Part shown: positions 18,180-27,561 of the stretch, piece by piece
Position numbering within the stretch: the stretch's first letter is position 1
How the letters are laid out: each line of letters opens with the position of its first letter
Source: a virus
IMG/VR virus record: IMGVR_UViG_3300024999_000086
Location: 1 to 64,000 of that record
Reading direction: 5' to 3' (one strand)
Length of the DNA: 64,000 nucleotides
The notes under the pieces: generated by a model
What the model saw: the letters and a program-made list of their open reading frames with translations, nothing else
Database searches by the model: none
What the model was told of the DNA's origin: nothing
Program-made: the position numbers and the translations under genes

Positions 18180-19655
18180 ATGCTGAGCGTGGTTATCCCA
18201 TCCCGCAATGAGCAGGGATATTTGGAGAAGACTATCGAATCCCTCTTGGCCAACGCCGAGGGGGAGATCGAGATTATCGTTGTGCTCGACGGCTGGCTTC
18301 CTGAGAAGCCAATTGAATTTCCAGTGAACGAGCGACAGCAAGTTCACTGGATTCACAACCCGGAGGCGATCGGGCAGCGGCAGGCGATCAACCAGGCAGT
18401 CCGGACGGCTAAAGGCAAGTACATAATGAAGCTGGACGCGCACTGTGCGGTCTCGAAGGGCTTTGACTTGATCTTGGCCAGAGACTGCGAGTACGACATG
18501 ACGATGATTCCCCGGATGTACAACCTGGACGTCGTGACTTGGCAGCCGAAGCTGCACAAACGCACGGACTATATGTACATCGGCCTGGTCGACGGCAATC
18601 TCCGGGCCTGCTATTACAAGAAGCAGCCTGACAACAACAAGATGATCGACGACACCATGTGCTGCATGGGGCCCGGGTTCTTTCTGCACTTGGAGAGGTT
18701 CTGGGAACTCGGCGGCTGTATGGAGGAACACGGCGGCTGGGGGCAGCAGGGCGTGGAAGAGGCCTGCAAGGCAGCACTCAGCGGGGGCCGGATGGTGGTC
18801 AACAAGAACTGCTGGTTCGCTCACTGGTTCCGCGGCGGCGGGGTGCCAGAAGGCCACAAGAAAGGGTTCCCCTACCATATGAGCCAGCACTCGGTCAATA
18901 TCGCTCGGGCTTACAGCAACGACCTCTGGATGAACAACAAGTGGCCGAAACAGGTCCGGACCTTCCAGTGGCTCCTCGACAAATTCAATCCCCCCGGGTG
19001 GAGCAAGGAAGCTATGGCCAAGATCGGGAATCCCGCGGAAGTTTCAGTGGCGCCGGCCTCCTCGCCGGCACGGGCGTTCTTCAATCACATGATGTCCGGG
19101 AATAAGATGCCTACGTGGATGGGTTACACGGTTATCAAATATCCCAACGACCTCATCCTTTATCAGCAGAAACTCTTTGAGCAGAAGCCAGACGTCTTGG
19201 TCGAGGTCGGGACCCACAAGGGCGGCTCGGCCCTGTTCTTTGCTCAGATGATGGATTTGATCGGGCACGGGCGGGTCATCTCAATCGATCGGTCGCACGA
19301 TAAATACCCTCTGCCGCAGCATCCGCGGATCACTTATTTGACCGGGAGGTCGACGGCGACGGAGACGTTGGGAAAGGTCAAGGAGATGGTGAACGGGAGT
19401 TCCGTGATGGTCGTGCTGGACGGTGATCACAGCCGAACGCAGGTGAAGCGTGAGCTGGTACGGTATTCCGACATCGTCACGCAGGGCCAGTACCTCGTCG
19501 CCGAAGACACGGTGATGGGGGAGATGGGCATGCCTAATAACCCGGCCGAGGCCGTCGAGTGGTTTCTGAAGAGGACCGACAAAGTTCGCCGAGAGCGGCC
19601 GGAGGAGCAGTTCATGTTCTCCTGTAACAGTGGGGGCTGGCTGAAACGGATATGA
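18180..19655 (+). CDS. GT2-family glycosyltransferase fused to CmcI-like (sugar) O-methyltransferase
   Basis: LSVVIPSRNE, IIVVLDG, MKLDAHC, GGWG..G.E; C-half KYPNDL..YQ, VEVGT.KGGSA, VVLDGDH, YLVAEDT. Confidence 0.88.
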   Translation: MLSVVIPSRNEQGYLEKTIESLLANAEGEIEIIVVLDGWLPEKPIEFPVNERQQVHWIHNPEAIGQRQAINQAVRTAKGKYIMKLDAHCAVSKGFDLILARDCEYDMTMIPRMYNLDVVTWQPKLHKRTDYMYIGLVDGNLRACYYKKQPDNNKMIDDTMCCMGPGFFLHLERFWELGGCMEEHGGWGQQGVEEACKAALSGGRMVVNKNCWFAHWFRGGGVPEGHKKGFPYHMSQHSVNIARAYSNDLWMNNKWPKQVRTFQWLLDKFNPPGWSKEAMAKIGNPAEVSVAPASSPARAFFNHMMSGNKMPTWMGYTVIKYPNDLILYQQKLFEQKPDVLVEVGTHKGGSALFFAQMMDLIGHGRVISIDRSHDKYPLPQHPRITYLTGRSTATETLGKVKEMVNGSSVMVVLDGDHSRTQVKRELVRYSDIVTQGQYLVAEDTVMGEMGMPNNPAEAVEWFLKRTDKVRRERPEEQFMFSCNSGGWLKRI

Positions 19656-20122
19656 AAAAATCAGTCCGACGATTCGTCAAACAACAGGTAGACAGGCTGG
19701 CCGCGGCCGGCGACTGTCTGGAGATCGGATCCTACGATGTTAACGGCAACCTCCGGCAGATCCTAGCCCACACCAACTACACCGGACTTGACATGCGCGA
19801 GGGGACCAACGTCGACGTCGTCGCCAACAGCAACGACTTGCCCTTTCCGGATAACCATTTCGACGTCGTCGTCTGCGTCGAGACCTTTGAACACGACAAG
19901 TTCTTCTGGAAGACCGTAGCTCAGATCAGACGGGTCCTTCGTCCTGGCGGAGTGGTGATTTTAACGGCGCCGAGTATCGACTTCGGCATCCACGAATATC
20001 CCAGTGATTACTGGAGGTTCACCGAGGCCGGCCTGAAGTCCCTTATCGAAGACTGGTGTGGGGAGATCGTTTCACATCACCATGACCGAGCAGCATTCGT
20101 TGCTGGGAGAAAATATGTCTGA
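19652..20122 (+). CDS. Class I SAM-dependent methyltransferase
   Basis: LEIGSYDVNG, YTGLD, FDVVVCVETFEH, VLRPGG, DYWRFT. Confidence 0.88.
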   Translation: MKKSVRRFVKQQVDRLAAAGDCLEIGSYDVNGNLRQILAHTNYTGLDMREGTNVDVVANSNDLPFPDNHFDVVVCVETFEHDKFFWKTVAQIRRVLRPGGVVILTAPSIDFGIHEYPSDYWRFTEAGLKSLIEDWCGEIVSHHHDRAAFVAGRKYV

Positions 20123-21734
20123 TATTAGCTTGATATATTACACAGATAACCAACTTGACCCGTTTCTTTTCGCAAAGTGCCAAGAGAAACTTCTTGAGGC
20201 TGCCCAAGGAAAGCGAATCATTTCTGTTTCGCAGAAGCCTCTTGACTTTGGCGACAACATCTGCGTTGGGAATATCGGCCGGAGCCACGAGTCGCTGTTT
20301 ACCCAGGTCCTCACCGGGGCAAAAGCGGCGACCACGAAGTATGTGGCACTGGTCGAGCACGACTGCCTGTACTCTCCGGAGCATTTCAACTGGCAGCCAC
20401 CAAACGACTTTGTTTTCTGGTACAACGTCAATCACTGGTTCGTGCAGTGGGGCGGTAGCAACACTGGGCAGTACAGCTACCTGCGGCGGAAGGTCCTGTC
20501 CAATCTGATTTGCGAGCGTAACCTCTTGATCGAGGCCGTGGAAGAGAAGTTGGCAATTCTCAAGCAAGGCGCCCAAATCCGAAAGGGGTTGCCTGGGGCT
20601 TGTGAGCCTGGGGTCTGTTCAAATGAAGACGCCTTCGTCGGGATTGTAGGTAAGGACTTGGGTAAGGTCCCTGGAGACTATAGAGCCAGGGGCTTTTCAA
20701 CGGTGGTGCCAAACCTTGATATCCGGCACGGGCAAAACTTCTCTGGCGGGCGGATTGCCAAGAAGAAGTGCTACTCCCTGCCGTACTGGGGGAGCTTCCA
20801 CTCTGTAATGGGCGTGATCCCTCCCGGTGAGTGGTATCAGGAAGCGACTGTGCATGGCGTTCAGATGCCCACTCGTCGGACGAACGATACGAACGAGAAG
20901 CGATGGCACAAGTTCATCAAGCCTCTGATTGAGGGCCCCATAGTGGGGAGGATGACTGACTTGGGCTGCAACGCCGGCTTCTATTGCCGAAAGTTTTCTG
21001 ATCTGGGGTTCAAAGCAACCGGGGTCGAGCGCGACCCTGAGGTCCTTCGTCACAACTACTGGTGGGAAGAGCACGAGCCCAAGGGTGTCAGAGTCGTCGA
21101 GTCCGATATCAACGACTATTCTCCATCCTGCTCTGATTATGTTCTCCTTGCCAACGTCCACTACTGGCTGACGCCGGCACATCTGCAGACGTTGGTGCAA
21201 AAGCTCAACGACCGAGCTTTGAACGTGATCTTGATCGGGAGGTACAACACGGCCTCGGTTCACAAGTCGCCGGCTGACCTGCAGTTTTTGCGGAAGCTCT
21301 TCAGAGGTTGGCAGGAGAAACGAGTGATCAAGGGCGTCAAGCACTTTTCGGTGTTGTTCCGGAACCCGACGTTGATCTCAAGAAGTGTGGATGATCTGTT
21401 CACGAAACAGCAGTTTTTTAAGAGCAGTCGCTTTTTACCTTCATATTCTCGGTTGATTGATGATATACTGGAAGGCAAGAACGGCAATTATCAGGATTCC
21501 GAGTATCACAAATATCTTCTTTGGCGAGGATTTAAAGACAGTACTGAACTTCTCAAGCGCCACGTCGACCTTGTCGCCAGTATTCAACAGGAGGGGACCA
21601 AGGATCCGCTGTTGATCGGGCGAGTGGTCAATGGTAAATACGAGCCGGACAGACTGGTCGACGGCGACCATCGGCTGATCGTTGCAAAGAAACTGGGTAT
21701 TCAAAATGTTATTTGTCGTGTCGTCAAACAGTAG
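20115..21734 (+). CDS. GT-A glycosyltransferase + methyltransferase + ParB/Srx-like fusion
   Basis: N: LIYYTDN..IISVSQKP..ALVEHDCLY; middle: DLGCNAGFY..GVERD; C: RLVDGDHRLIVAKKLG. Confidence 0.75.
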   Translation: MSDISLIYYTDNQLDPFLFAKCQEKLLEAAQGKRIISVSQKPLDFGDNICVGNIGRSHESLFTQVLTGAKAATTKYVALVEHDCLYSPEHFNWQPPNDFVFWYNVNHWFVQWGGSNTGQYSYLRRKVLSNLICERNLLIEAVEEKLAILKQGAQIRKGLPGACEPGVCSNEDAFVGIVGKDLGKVPGDYRARGFSTVVPNLDIRHGQNFSGGRIAKKKCYSLPYWGSFHSVMGVIPPGEWYQEATVHGVQMPTRRTNDTNEKRWHKFIKPLIEGPIVGRMTDLGCNAGFYCRKFSDLGFKATGVERDPEVLRHNYWWEEHEPKGVRVVESDINDYSPSCSDYVLLANVHYWLTPAHLQTLVQKLNDRALNVILIGRYNTASVHKSPADLQFLRKLFRGWQEKRVIKGVKHFSVLFRNPTLISRSVDDLFTKQQFFKSSRFLPSYSRLIDDILEGKNGNYQDSEYHKYLLWRGFKDSTELLKRHVDLVASIQQEGTKDPLLIGRVVNGKYEPDRLVDGDHRLIVAKKLGIQNVICRVVKQ

Positions 21735-21745
21735 CAGAGGTGAGT

Positions 21746-22429
21746 ATGTTTAAAAAAATAATTTTTCTTGGGCTTCTCTTCGTCGGCGTTGCCCCGGCTG
21801 TCTTGGCACAGGGGTTCTCGACCCCGTTCGGGACCCAACCTGAGATAGCAATCAATACTGATTGTTCAGGGTTCACGACTGACGGCAAGTTATGCTGGGA
21901 CAGTGATGATGATGTTCTCTACGTCGGGAACGGAACGACAGCAGAGTTGGTTCCTGCCGGGCTTGCTTCGGCGCTGGCTGCGAACGGGGCAAACTGTTCC
22001 GCGGGGTCATACCCGCTCGGGGTTGACGCCTCCGGTGCGGTTGAGGACTGCACCGCGGCGTTGACTGAAGCTGGAGCGAAGACCGTCGGCATCAACTCCC
22101 ACACCGACGCCACCGTGGTCCTGACCGCTGCCGATTGCTACGGGGATATTAACCTCAACGGTGATGATGACGCGATTGATTTCACCCTTCCCGCTGCTGC
22201 TGCTGGGTTGGCCTGTTGCTTTGACGCCAACGGATTTGCTCAGGTAATCACTGTAGATACAGCGGACGGCACGGACTCCAGTGTGCTTGGCGGCACGGCC
22301 CTGACTGCCGGGAACGCGATTGACACTATCGGCTCCGAGGCTGAACAATTTTGCCTTGTCGGGCGGGATGACTCAACCTGGATTGTTTACCCCGGCTCCG
22401 CATACCTGGCTGACGGAGGGGCAGATTGA
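21746..22429 (+). CDS. Secreted Cys-rich fibre-like protein
   Basis: GAGGTG RBS; signal MFKKIIFLGLLFVGVAPAVLA|Q; WDSDDDVLYVGNG and FTLPAAAAGL fibre-type motifs. Confidence 0.65.
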   Translation: MFKKIIFLGLLFVGVAPAVLAQGFSTPFGTQPEIAINTDCSGFTTDGKLCWDSDDDVLYVGNGTTAELVPAGLASALAANGANCSAGSYPLGVDASGAVEDCTAALTEAGAKTVGINSHTDATVVLTAADCYGDINLNGDDDAIDFTLPAAAAGLACCFDANGFAQVITVDTADGTDSSVLGGTALTAGNAIDTIGSEAEQFCLVGRDDSTWIVYPGSAYLADGGAD

Positions 22430-24444
22430 TGAAAGCCGTGCTTCGCATAATCCTAGCCCTGCTGCTCCTGTGCAATTCTGCACAGGCGATGGTGCCGTAC
22501 CAGTTGCCGGAACCGGACGTATTGTACGCTCCTTTCCACACCAATCTGTATTATTACAGCCTAGGAGCAAGAGGCACCGCCACCTTCACCCGAGGCAGCG
22601 CCCGAGTCTTCGAGGACTGGGAAGGCAACTACGTCCGCACCACCAACACCAACGAGGCCACGTTCAAAGCTCGGCGGGTAGCGAACCTGCTTGCTGCGGA
22701 TTCGAGCGAGGATTTCTCGGTCGCGAGTTGGACGAAGTTCGGGGCGGCTACGGTTACAGGGACGAATGCAATAAACTTCCCGGATAATTATGGGGGTGTA
22801 TCTCAAGCCATCTATGTCAAAAATACCGGACAAGTTTTTCGCTGGGCAGTTACTTTGAGCGGAAGTGGTACCACATCGGTAGTGCTATATAACACTGCAA
22901 CTGGATACACTACTACTGCTATAGGTTCCAAGGCAGTAACTCTTTCAGCAACTCCGAAAAGATTTTCCGTTGTTGGAACGAGCATATATGCAGGCGGGGG
23001 CATATTAGCCTATATTATTCGCAATGGCAACACCGCCACCCAAGTCACCGCCACCAACGCAATGTTGGAGGAAGTCACGGGCCAGTCAAACGGAAATCCT
23101 TCTGAGTACACCAGCACCCATCAATACTACGGTGGCCAGACCGTCAAGGGTGTCCAGTACCTCGCCTACGAGAACGGCAACACGGTAGACGCCAACGGAG
23201 TTGTAACCGAGGCCCAGGGCGCAGCGATACCCGATGCCCAGCTTACCGGATACCAGTATAACGGAGCTACGACGAACAAGCTTGCCGGTGCTTTCAATAC
23301 CGTTGGGCCGGATATGCTGGGGAGTGAGCTTGCTTCTGGTACGTTGACCATTGGCAAGCGATACCAGATCACGGCAAGGACGGACGCAGATTTCACGGCT
23401 GATGGTGCTGCTGATAACGTAGTTGGCACGCAGTTTACAGCCACAGATACCACAGTCACCCTTGACGCTGGCGACAAGGTCAAGGAGATCGGCGCAGCCA
23501 ACCTCGCAGGAACATTCGTCTCCGGCCTCGGCACAGGCGCACAGAATACCGCAGCAGCTACCGCAGCTATCCCCGGCCAAACTCACGGCGGGACCGGCTC
23601 AACCACCATCACCAATGTCTCAGCGGTAATCACCGCAACCAACAAATACAAAAGATTAACCCCGGCTACCAAGTGGTACGTCACCACGGCTTCGGGCGGA
23701 GATGCCACCGTGGACTTTACCGGGGCACTCTCAGCCGCAACGCATACCCTTTCCCTTGTTGCCTACGGGGCCACGGCAAGCGATGTGCTGACCCTTGGTA
23801 CAAACACGGTAGCAGGTACACCGCAGACCGTCACCACTGCGCCCGTGCTGTACTCGCAGACCTTGACCGCGAACGCCAGCGATACCATGCGGCTGACCGT
23901 AGCGGATGGCGACACGATAACTTGGTGCCTGATGCAAGCTCAGACTGGCATCGTGGCCGACTCTCGCATAATCGTAGAGGGTGCCGCTGCGAGTCGGAGT
24001 GCCGATGATTTACTAATAACTATTGCAGATGGCACAAGCTACAGAGCAAGAGAAGGAAAGATCAGCTACACACTTACCCCTGGATTTAATCAATCTAGTA
24101 TTCCTGCTGCAACTGCCGCTGTTCGGCCGGTGAGTTTGACAGCAGGCAACTCGTTCTTTTACCTGTACGGGCCAACATCTGCAAGGATCACTGATGGAAC
24201 GAATACATTAACACAAGCAATTACACCATTAACAAGTGGAACATCTGTAGATATTGCATCAACATGGTCAACCACGAAGGCCAAAATGAACAACTATAAT
24301 AGCGTTGATGGTTGGTTGACAGCAGGCACTTACGACGGGGCGTTTACCCTAGGTGCGACATACAGATTCTTTTATTCGACTTCATACCCCGCCAGCCTCA
24401 AAAACCTGCGGGTATTAGGCACCGCTGATCCGGGAGGAATGTAA
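22429..24444 (+). CDS. Secreted virion appendage-like protein (carbohydrate-binding/LamG-like)
   Basis: Signal MKAVLRIILALLLLCNSAQA|M; ATFTRGS, NLL..SEDFS..SW, SRSADDL motifs typical of phage spike/fibre proteins. Confidence 0.65.
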   Translation: MKAVLRIILALLLLCNSAQAMVPYQLPEPDVLYAPFHTNLYYYSLGARGTATFTRGSARVFEDWEGNYVRTTNTNEATFKARRVANLLAADSSEDFSVASWTKFGAATVTGTNAINFPDNYGGVSQAIYVKNTGQVFRWAVTLSGSGTTSVVLYNTATGYTTTAIGSKAVTLSATPKRFSVVGTSIYAGGGILAYIIRNGNTATQVTATNAMLEEVTGQSNGNPSEYTSTHQYYGGQTVKGVQYLAYENGNTVDANGVVTEAQGAAIPDAQLTGYQYNGATTNKLAGAFNTVGPDMLGSELASGTLTIGKRYQITARTDADFTADGAADNVVGTQFTATDTTVTLDAGDKVKEIGAANLAGTFVSGLGTGAQNTAAATAAIPGQTHGGTGSTTITNVSAVITATNKYKRLTPATKWYVTTASGGDATVDFTGALSAATHTLSLVAYGATASDVLTLGTNTVAGTPQTVTTAPVLYSQTLTANASDTMRLTVADGDTITWCLMQAQTGIVADSRIIVEGAAASRSADDLLITIADGTSYRAREGKISYTLTPGFNQSSIPAATAAVRPVSLTAGNSFFYLYGPTSARITDGTNTLTQAITPLTSGTSVDIASTWSTTKAKMNNYNSVDGWLTAGTYDGAFTLGATYRFFYSTSYPASLKNLRVLGTADPGGM

Positions 24445-24611
24445 TGCCAAAGATAGAACCAAGAACCAAGCCCAAGGGCAAGTCGGTATCACAGAAGAAT
24501 ATGACCGCCCTCAAGAAGCTGCTGGAGATTAAGGGCAAGGATGTGAAGACCCTGAAAGCCACCACCGACATAGAGCTTGCCCAAGAGTTGAAGGAGGTAC
24601 TGCGTGCTTAG
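24444..24611 (+). CDS. Small basic hypothetical protein (55 aa, not in track)
   Basis: GGAGG RBS, TAATG coupling, MPKIEPRTKPKGK... Confidence 0.6.
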   Translation: MPKIEPRTKPKGKSVSQKNMTALKKLLEIKGKDVKTLKATTDIELAQELKEVLRA

Positions 24612-25005
24612 TATTCTAATAACCGTCCCGGAAGACACGATTGTAGAAGACCCATTGTGGTCCCAGGAGCACGAGGGCGTGCTGTACGAGCTGGGAAGCA
24701 TTGGCGCGGAATGGCACTCAGAGGACGGAATCAGCATCGGCACAATAGTTTACCAGGGCCGGAAGATGATTCAAGCGACCATTGAGTTGCCAAGTTCTGC
24801 CCCGGTTACGCTGCTTCAGGGATTGTTCTTGATCTACGGATTAGACTGGGAAGTACTGGCATGTCAGGAGTGGGACGGTAACACCGTATACCTCCCGGTA
24901 CAGATGGAGGTGTACAACTACCTCCCGAAACGAACCGTGATCGAAGAAGGGCAGCTTATCGACCTGACCCCTGATCCCTCATGGGTACCGATCCGCACTG
25001 GCTAG
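24604..25005 (+). CDS. Hypothetical protein
   Basis: AGGAGG RBS + GTG, coupled in operon. Confidence 0.7.
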   Translation: MLSILITVPEDTIVEDPLWSQEHEGVLYELGSIGAEWHSEDGISIGTIVYQGRKMIQATIELPSSAPVTLLQGLFLIYGLDWEVLACQEWDGNTVYLPVQMEVYNYLPKRTVIEEGQLIDLTPDPSWVPIRTG

Positions 25006-25018
25006 GGGAGCTGGAAAG

Positions 25019-25609
25019 ATGCGTTTCCGCTTTAACTGCCTCCTGATAGCCGTAACATGCCTGACTGTATGGGCTGGCGGGCTTATCGGGCTGGCACGGG
25101 CAGAAGTCGTGCAGGGGTCATACTCTGAATATATCTGTGATAATGCATGGGACGTGTGGGCAATCAATGCCGGATATTACAACCGTCCGGAACGATACTA
25201 CATCATCGCCCACGGCGCGCCGCAACTGTTCCGCCCGAACTGCGGAAGACCGGATATCACCCCTGACCAGATCAGCGGCTACAGCCTGGGGTTTTTCGCC
25301 GGGTGTGATGCAATGTGTTCTAACGCGGACCATACTTTTGCTGAGTCGGTACCTGAATCGGTCGGCTACTGCAATATGTCCGAGTCGTCCTGTGATGGGT
25401 GCTGGATGGCAACAGTATCTTGGCAGGATACGTTTTACCGCAATGTGGACAGCCTTGGGGCAGGGGCGGCTTATAGCGCAGCGATGAACGCAGTGCCTTC
25501 CTGCCTGCCCTGTTTGAGGTATCACAAGAAGCGGGAGCCTGAGCAGGTGAATGAAACGCAGATTGTGATGACAACTATTATTGTTCCTTGGCTGATGAGG
25601 GAAAGATGA
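25019..25609 (+). CDS. Secreted Cys-rich hypothetical protein
   Basis: Signal-like N-terminus ending ARA|E; many Cys; HGAP..GC motif. Confidence 0.6.
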   Translation: MRFRFNCLLIAVTCLTVWAGGLIGLARAEVVQGSYSEYICDNAWDVWAINAGYYNRPERYYIIAHGAPQLFRPNCGRPDITPDQISGYSLGFFAGCDAMCSNADHTFAESVPESVGYCNMSESSCDGCWMATVSWQDTFYRNVDSLGAGAAYSAAMNAVPSCLPCLRYHKKREPEQVNETQIVMTTIIVPWLMRER

Positions 25610-25707
25610 CTTATATCGCTATCTACTCAATCATAGTGGTCATAGTCGCCCTGGCCGTTGGGCTATTTTATGGGCTAAAAGTTGAGAAAAGAGGGAGACG
25701 ACGATGA
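25606..25707 (+). CDS. Small single-TM protein (33 aa)
   Basis: ATGA overlaps at both ends; hydrophobic stretch plus basic tail. Confidence 0.55.
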   Translation: MTYIAIYSIIVVIVALAVGLFYGLKVEKRGRRR

Positions 25708-26378
25708 AAATCCTACCGTTGATTATTGCGCTGTTGCTGGCGTGGAATTGTGATGCCTATGCACTTGGGAGGAAGCCGCCGCCACCGGAGCCGACCCCAA
25801 TCCCAACGCCGCTCCCGGCCCCGGTGCAGGAAATCGTGATTGAGTACGGCGTCAGAAACGTTTTCAGTAATGAGGTCAATTTCCACTTCTCAAAGCCAAT
25901 CGCGGAGTATGGCCGGTTCAATTTGAACACTGCCGGGAAAAAATATGTAATAGAGGGAAATTACAAGGACAGCAATGTAGAGGTCCGCGACTCAGCCACT
26001 ACCAAAAAGCTCGTTGTTATCGCTGGCCCTGCCTACGCAACCAAGGGGGCGAGCGTGGCCTACCCCTCGAAAGACGCACTGACCAAGCCGGAAGCCACGC
26101 CAACGCCTGAGCCGCAACCTGGACTCAGCCAGCACTTCCACCATTGGAACCCTGCGGCGGTGTGGAATGGGGTTGGGTTGGTCATGTGCCCAGACTCCCC
26201 GAAATACTCTGGCTGCACATTCAACGGCGAGGCTATGACCCTGCACGGTAAGGATAAGGGCCGCTGGGTCTGGGCGCAGTACTCGAAGAACAAGGGCAAG
26301 GGCGGCACAATCATCTGTGACGGGACCAGATTTGAGGTCAAAGGCGGAAACGAAATGCAAAAGGGGGATTGCTGGTGA
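25704..26378 (+). CDS. Secreted Pro-rich hypothetical protein
   Basis: Signal MKILPLIIALLLAWNCDAYA|L; PPPPEPTPIPTP linkers; Cys-containing C-domain. Confidence 0.7.
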   Translation: MKILPLIIALLLAWNCDAYALGRKPPPPEPTPIPTPLPAPVQEIVIEYGVRNVFSNEVNFHFSKPIAEYGRFNLNTAGKKYVIEGNYKDSNVEVRDSATTKKLVVIAGPAYATKGASVAYPSKDALTKPEATPTPEPQPGLSQHFHHWNPAAVWNGVGLVMCPDSPKYSGCTFNGEAMTLHGKDKGRWVWAQYSKNKGKGGTIICDGTRFEVKGGNEMQKGDCW

Positions 26379-26581
26379 TGAGACTATTTATCGCTTTGGT
26401 ATTTGCTTTGATGCTGGCCGGCTGTGCAAACAGTAGCCGGAACCTGACCGTCCACCTGCACGACAGCGCAACGCTAATGATTTGCGGGAGCACCATCAGC
26501 CCCGAGGTCATGAAGAGCAACACCGATGAGCGGGCTTCGAACGCAACCGATGTCTCACCGACCATTCCGCTGGTCCCGTGA
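26378..26581 (+). CDS. Small lipoprotein (possible spanin component)
   Basis: Lipobox MLAG|C after hydrophobic signal; near lysis genes. Confidence 0.6.
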   Translation: MRLFIALVFALMLAGCANSSRNLTVHLHDSATLMICGSTISPEVMKSNTDERASNATDVSPTIPLVP

Positions 26582-26589
26582 GGTGCGCC

Positions 26590-26790
26590 ATGAACATATT
26601 CGAGCAGGCATGGGAGTTCTTCAGCGGGAAAAAGGTTGCTATCGGCTCAATTCTCCTGACTGCAGCGGTAATTCTGCGCGACAATTTCCCTGACCTCATC
26701 GTCTGGGCCGGTGTATTTGAGCAAATCGGCTTGGTCCTGGTTGGCGGAGGGCTGGCTCACAAGGCCGTGAAGGAGTACCGCGGTGAGTGA
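26590..26790 (+). CDS. Putative holin (2 TM)
   Basis: Two hydrophobic segments, SGKK N-motif, charged C-terminus. Confidence 0.55.
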   Translation: MNIFEQAWEFFSGKKVAIGSILLTAAVILRDNFPDLIVWAGVFEQIGLVLVGGGLAHKAVKEYRGE

Positions 26791-27205
26791 GTATGACGGC
26801 CAGATAGATACCGAGGTCTATTACCGGGACCGAATGAAATACGTCACGGCGCGGCGACATGCCTATCAAACCAAGGTGCGCCCAGACCATGACATCTACG
26901 GCAAGTTCGTATCGCTCCTGACCTGCGGGGTTCTGCTCATTGAGGAGGGTTGTCCTTGGAATGGGGCAAACGTGGTTCCTGACCGCAAATCAAACATGCG
27001 GGCGTCCCTTATCCATGACGTGCTCGTAGGCATGATTCAGGCCGGGATTCTCGACCCGAAATTCAAGACCGAAGTGGACGAAGAGTTCTATGATACCTGC
27101 CGCGAAGATGGCATGTGGCTGGTCCCGGCTATAACGGAGTTTTTCGGTGTCCAGTTCCATTCCTGGGACCGGAACCCGATCGACACGATAAAGGTTGCAC
27201 CATAA
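26783..27205 (+). CDS. DUF1353-like protein
   Basis: WNGA..PD....RASLIHD......D.EF...C.EDG pattern. Confidence 0.65.
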   Translation: MSEYDGQIDTEVYYRDRMKYVTARRHAYQTKVRPDHDIYGKFVSLLTCGVLLIEEGCPWNGANVVPDRKSNMRASLIHDVLVGMIQAGILDPKFKTEVDEEFYDTCREDGMWLVPAITEFFGVQFHSWDRNPIDTIKVAP

Positions 27206-27258
27206 TACAAACAGGAAGCCCGCGAGCCTCAGCAGGCCGGGCGGTAAGGAGCTGGTGG

Positions 27259-27561
27259 ATGGCAGATTCGATTGAAGAAAGAGTGGTCCCTATATCTCTC
27301 CGGGTTGCGGCGGTGGTTATTTTGTTTCTCCTGGGGATTTCTGGAGCGGTGATGACATGGGCAATCAGTATCAGATCAACCGTTGACCAGAACTGCCACG
27401 ATATTTCAAGGCTCGAAACAAAGGCAGCTGAGATAGACGCGATGAAAACCGGAGTGGCGGTAATAGCCTCAGAACTTGGATATATCAAAGGGTCACTGTC
27501 CAGAATCGAGCGGGCTATTGACCGGAACGAACAAAGCCGGCAGGGGGATAATAAGGAATGA
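27259..27561 (+). CDS. TM + coiled-coil protein (holin/XhlA-like)
   Basis: AGGAG RBS; single TM followed by coiled coil. Confidence 0.55.
   Translation: MADSIEERVVPISLRVAAVVILFLLGISGAVMTWAISIRSTVDQNCHDISRLETKAAEIDAMKTGVAVIASELGYIKGSLSRIERAIDRNEQSRQGDNKE

Noticed and set aside
10931-18253. Ser-rich repeats as a CRISPR array, or the antisense LGLVVG/LEEA-repeat ORFs (10931-11374, 17699-18253) as genes
   Set aside because: Repeats are degenerate, codon-phased and lack unique spacers; the antisense ORFs are shadows of the Ser/Pro repeats.
12143-26378. Diversity-generating retroelement or invertible fibre cassette
   Set aside because: No reverse transcriptase, invertase or TR/VR repeat pair seen in the window.
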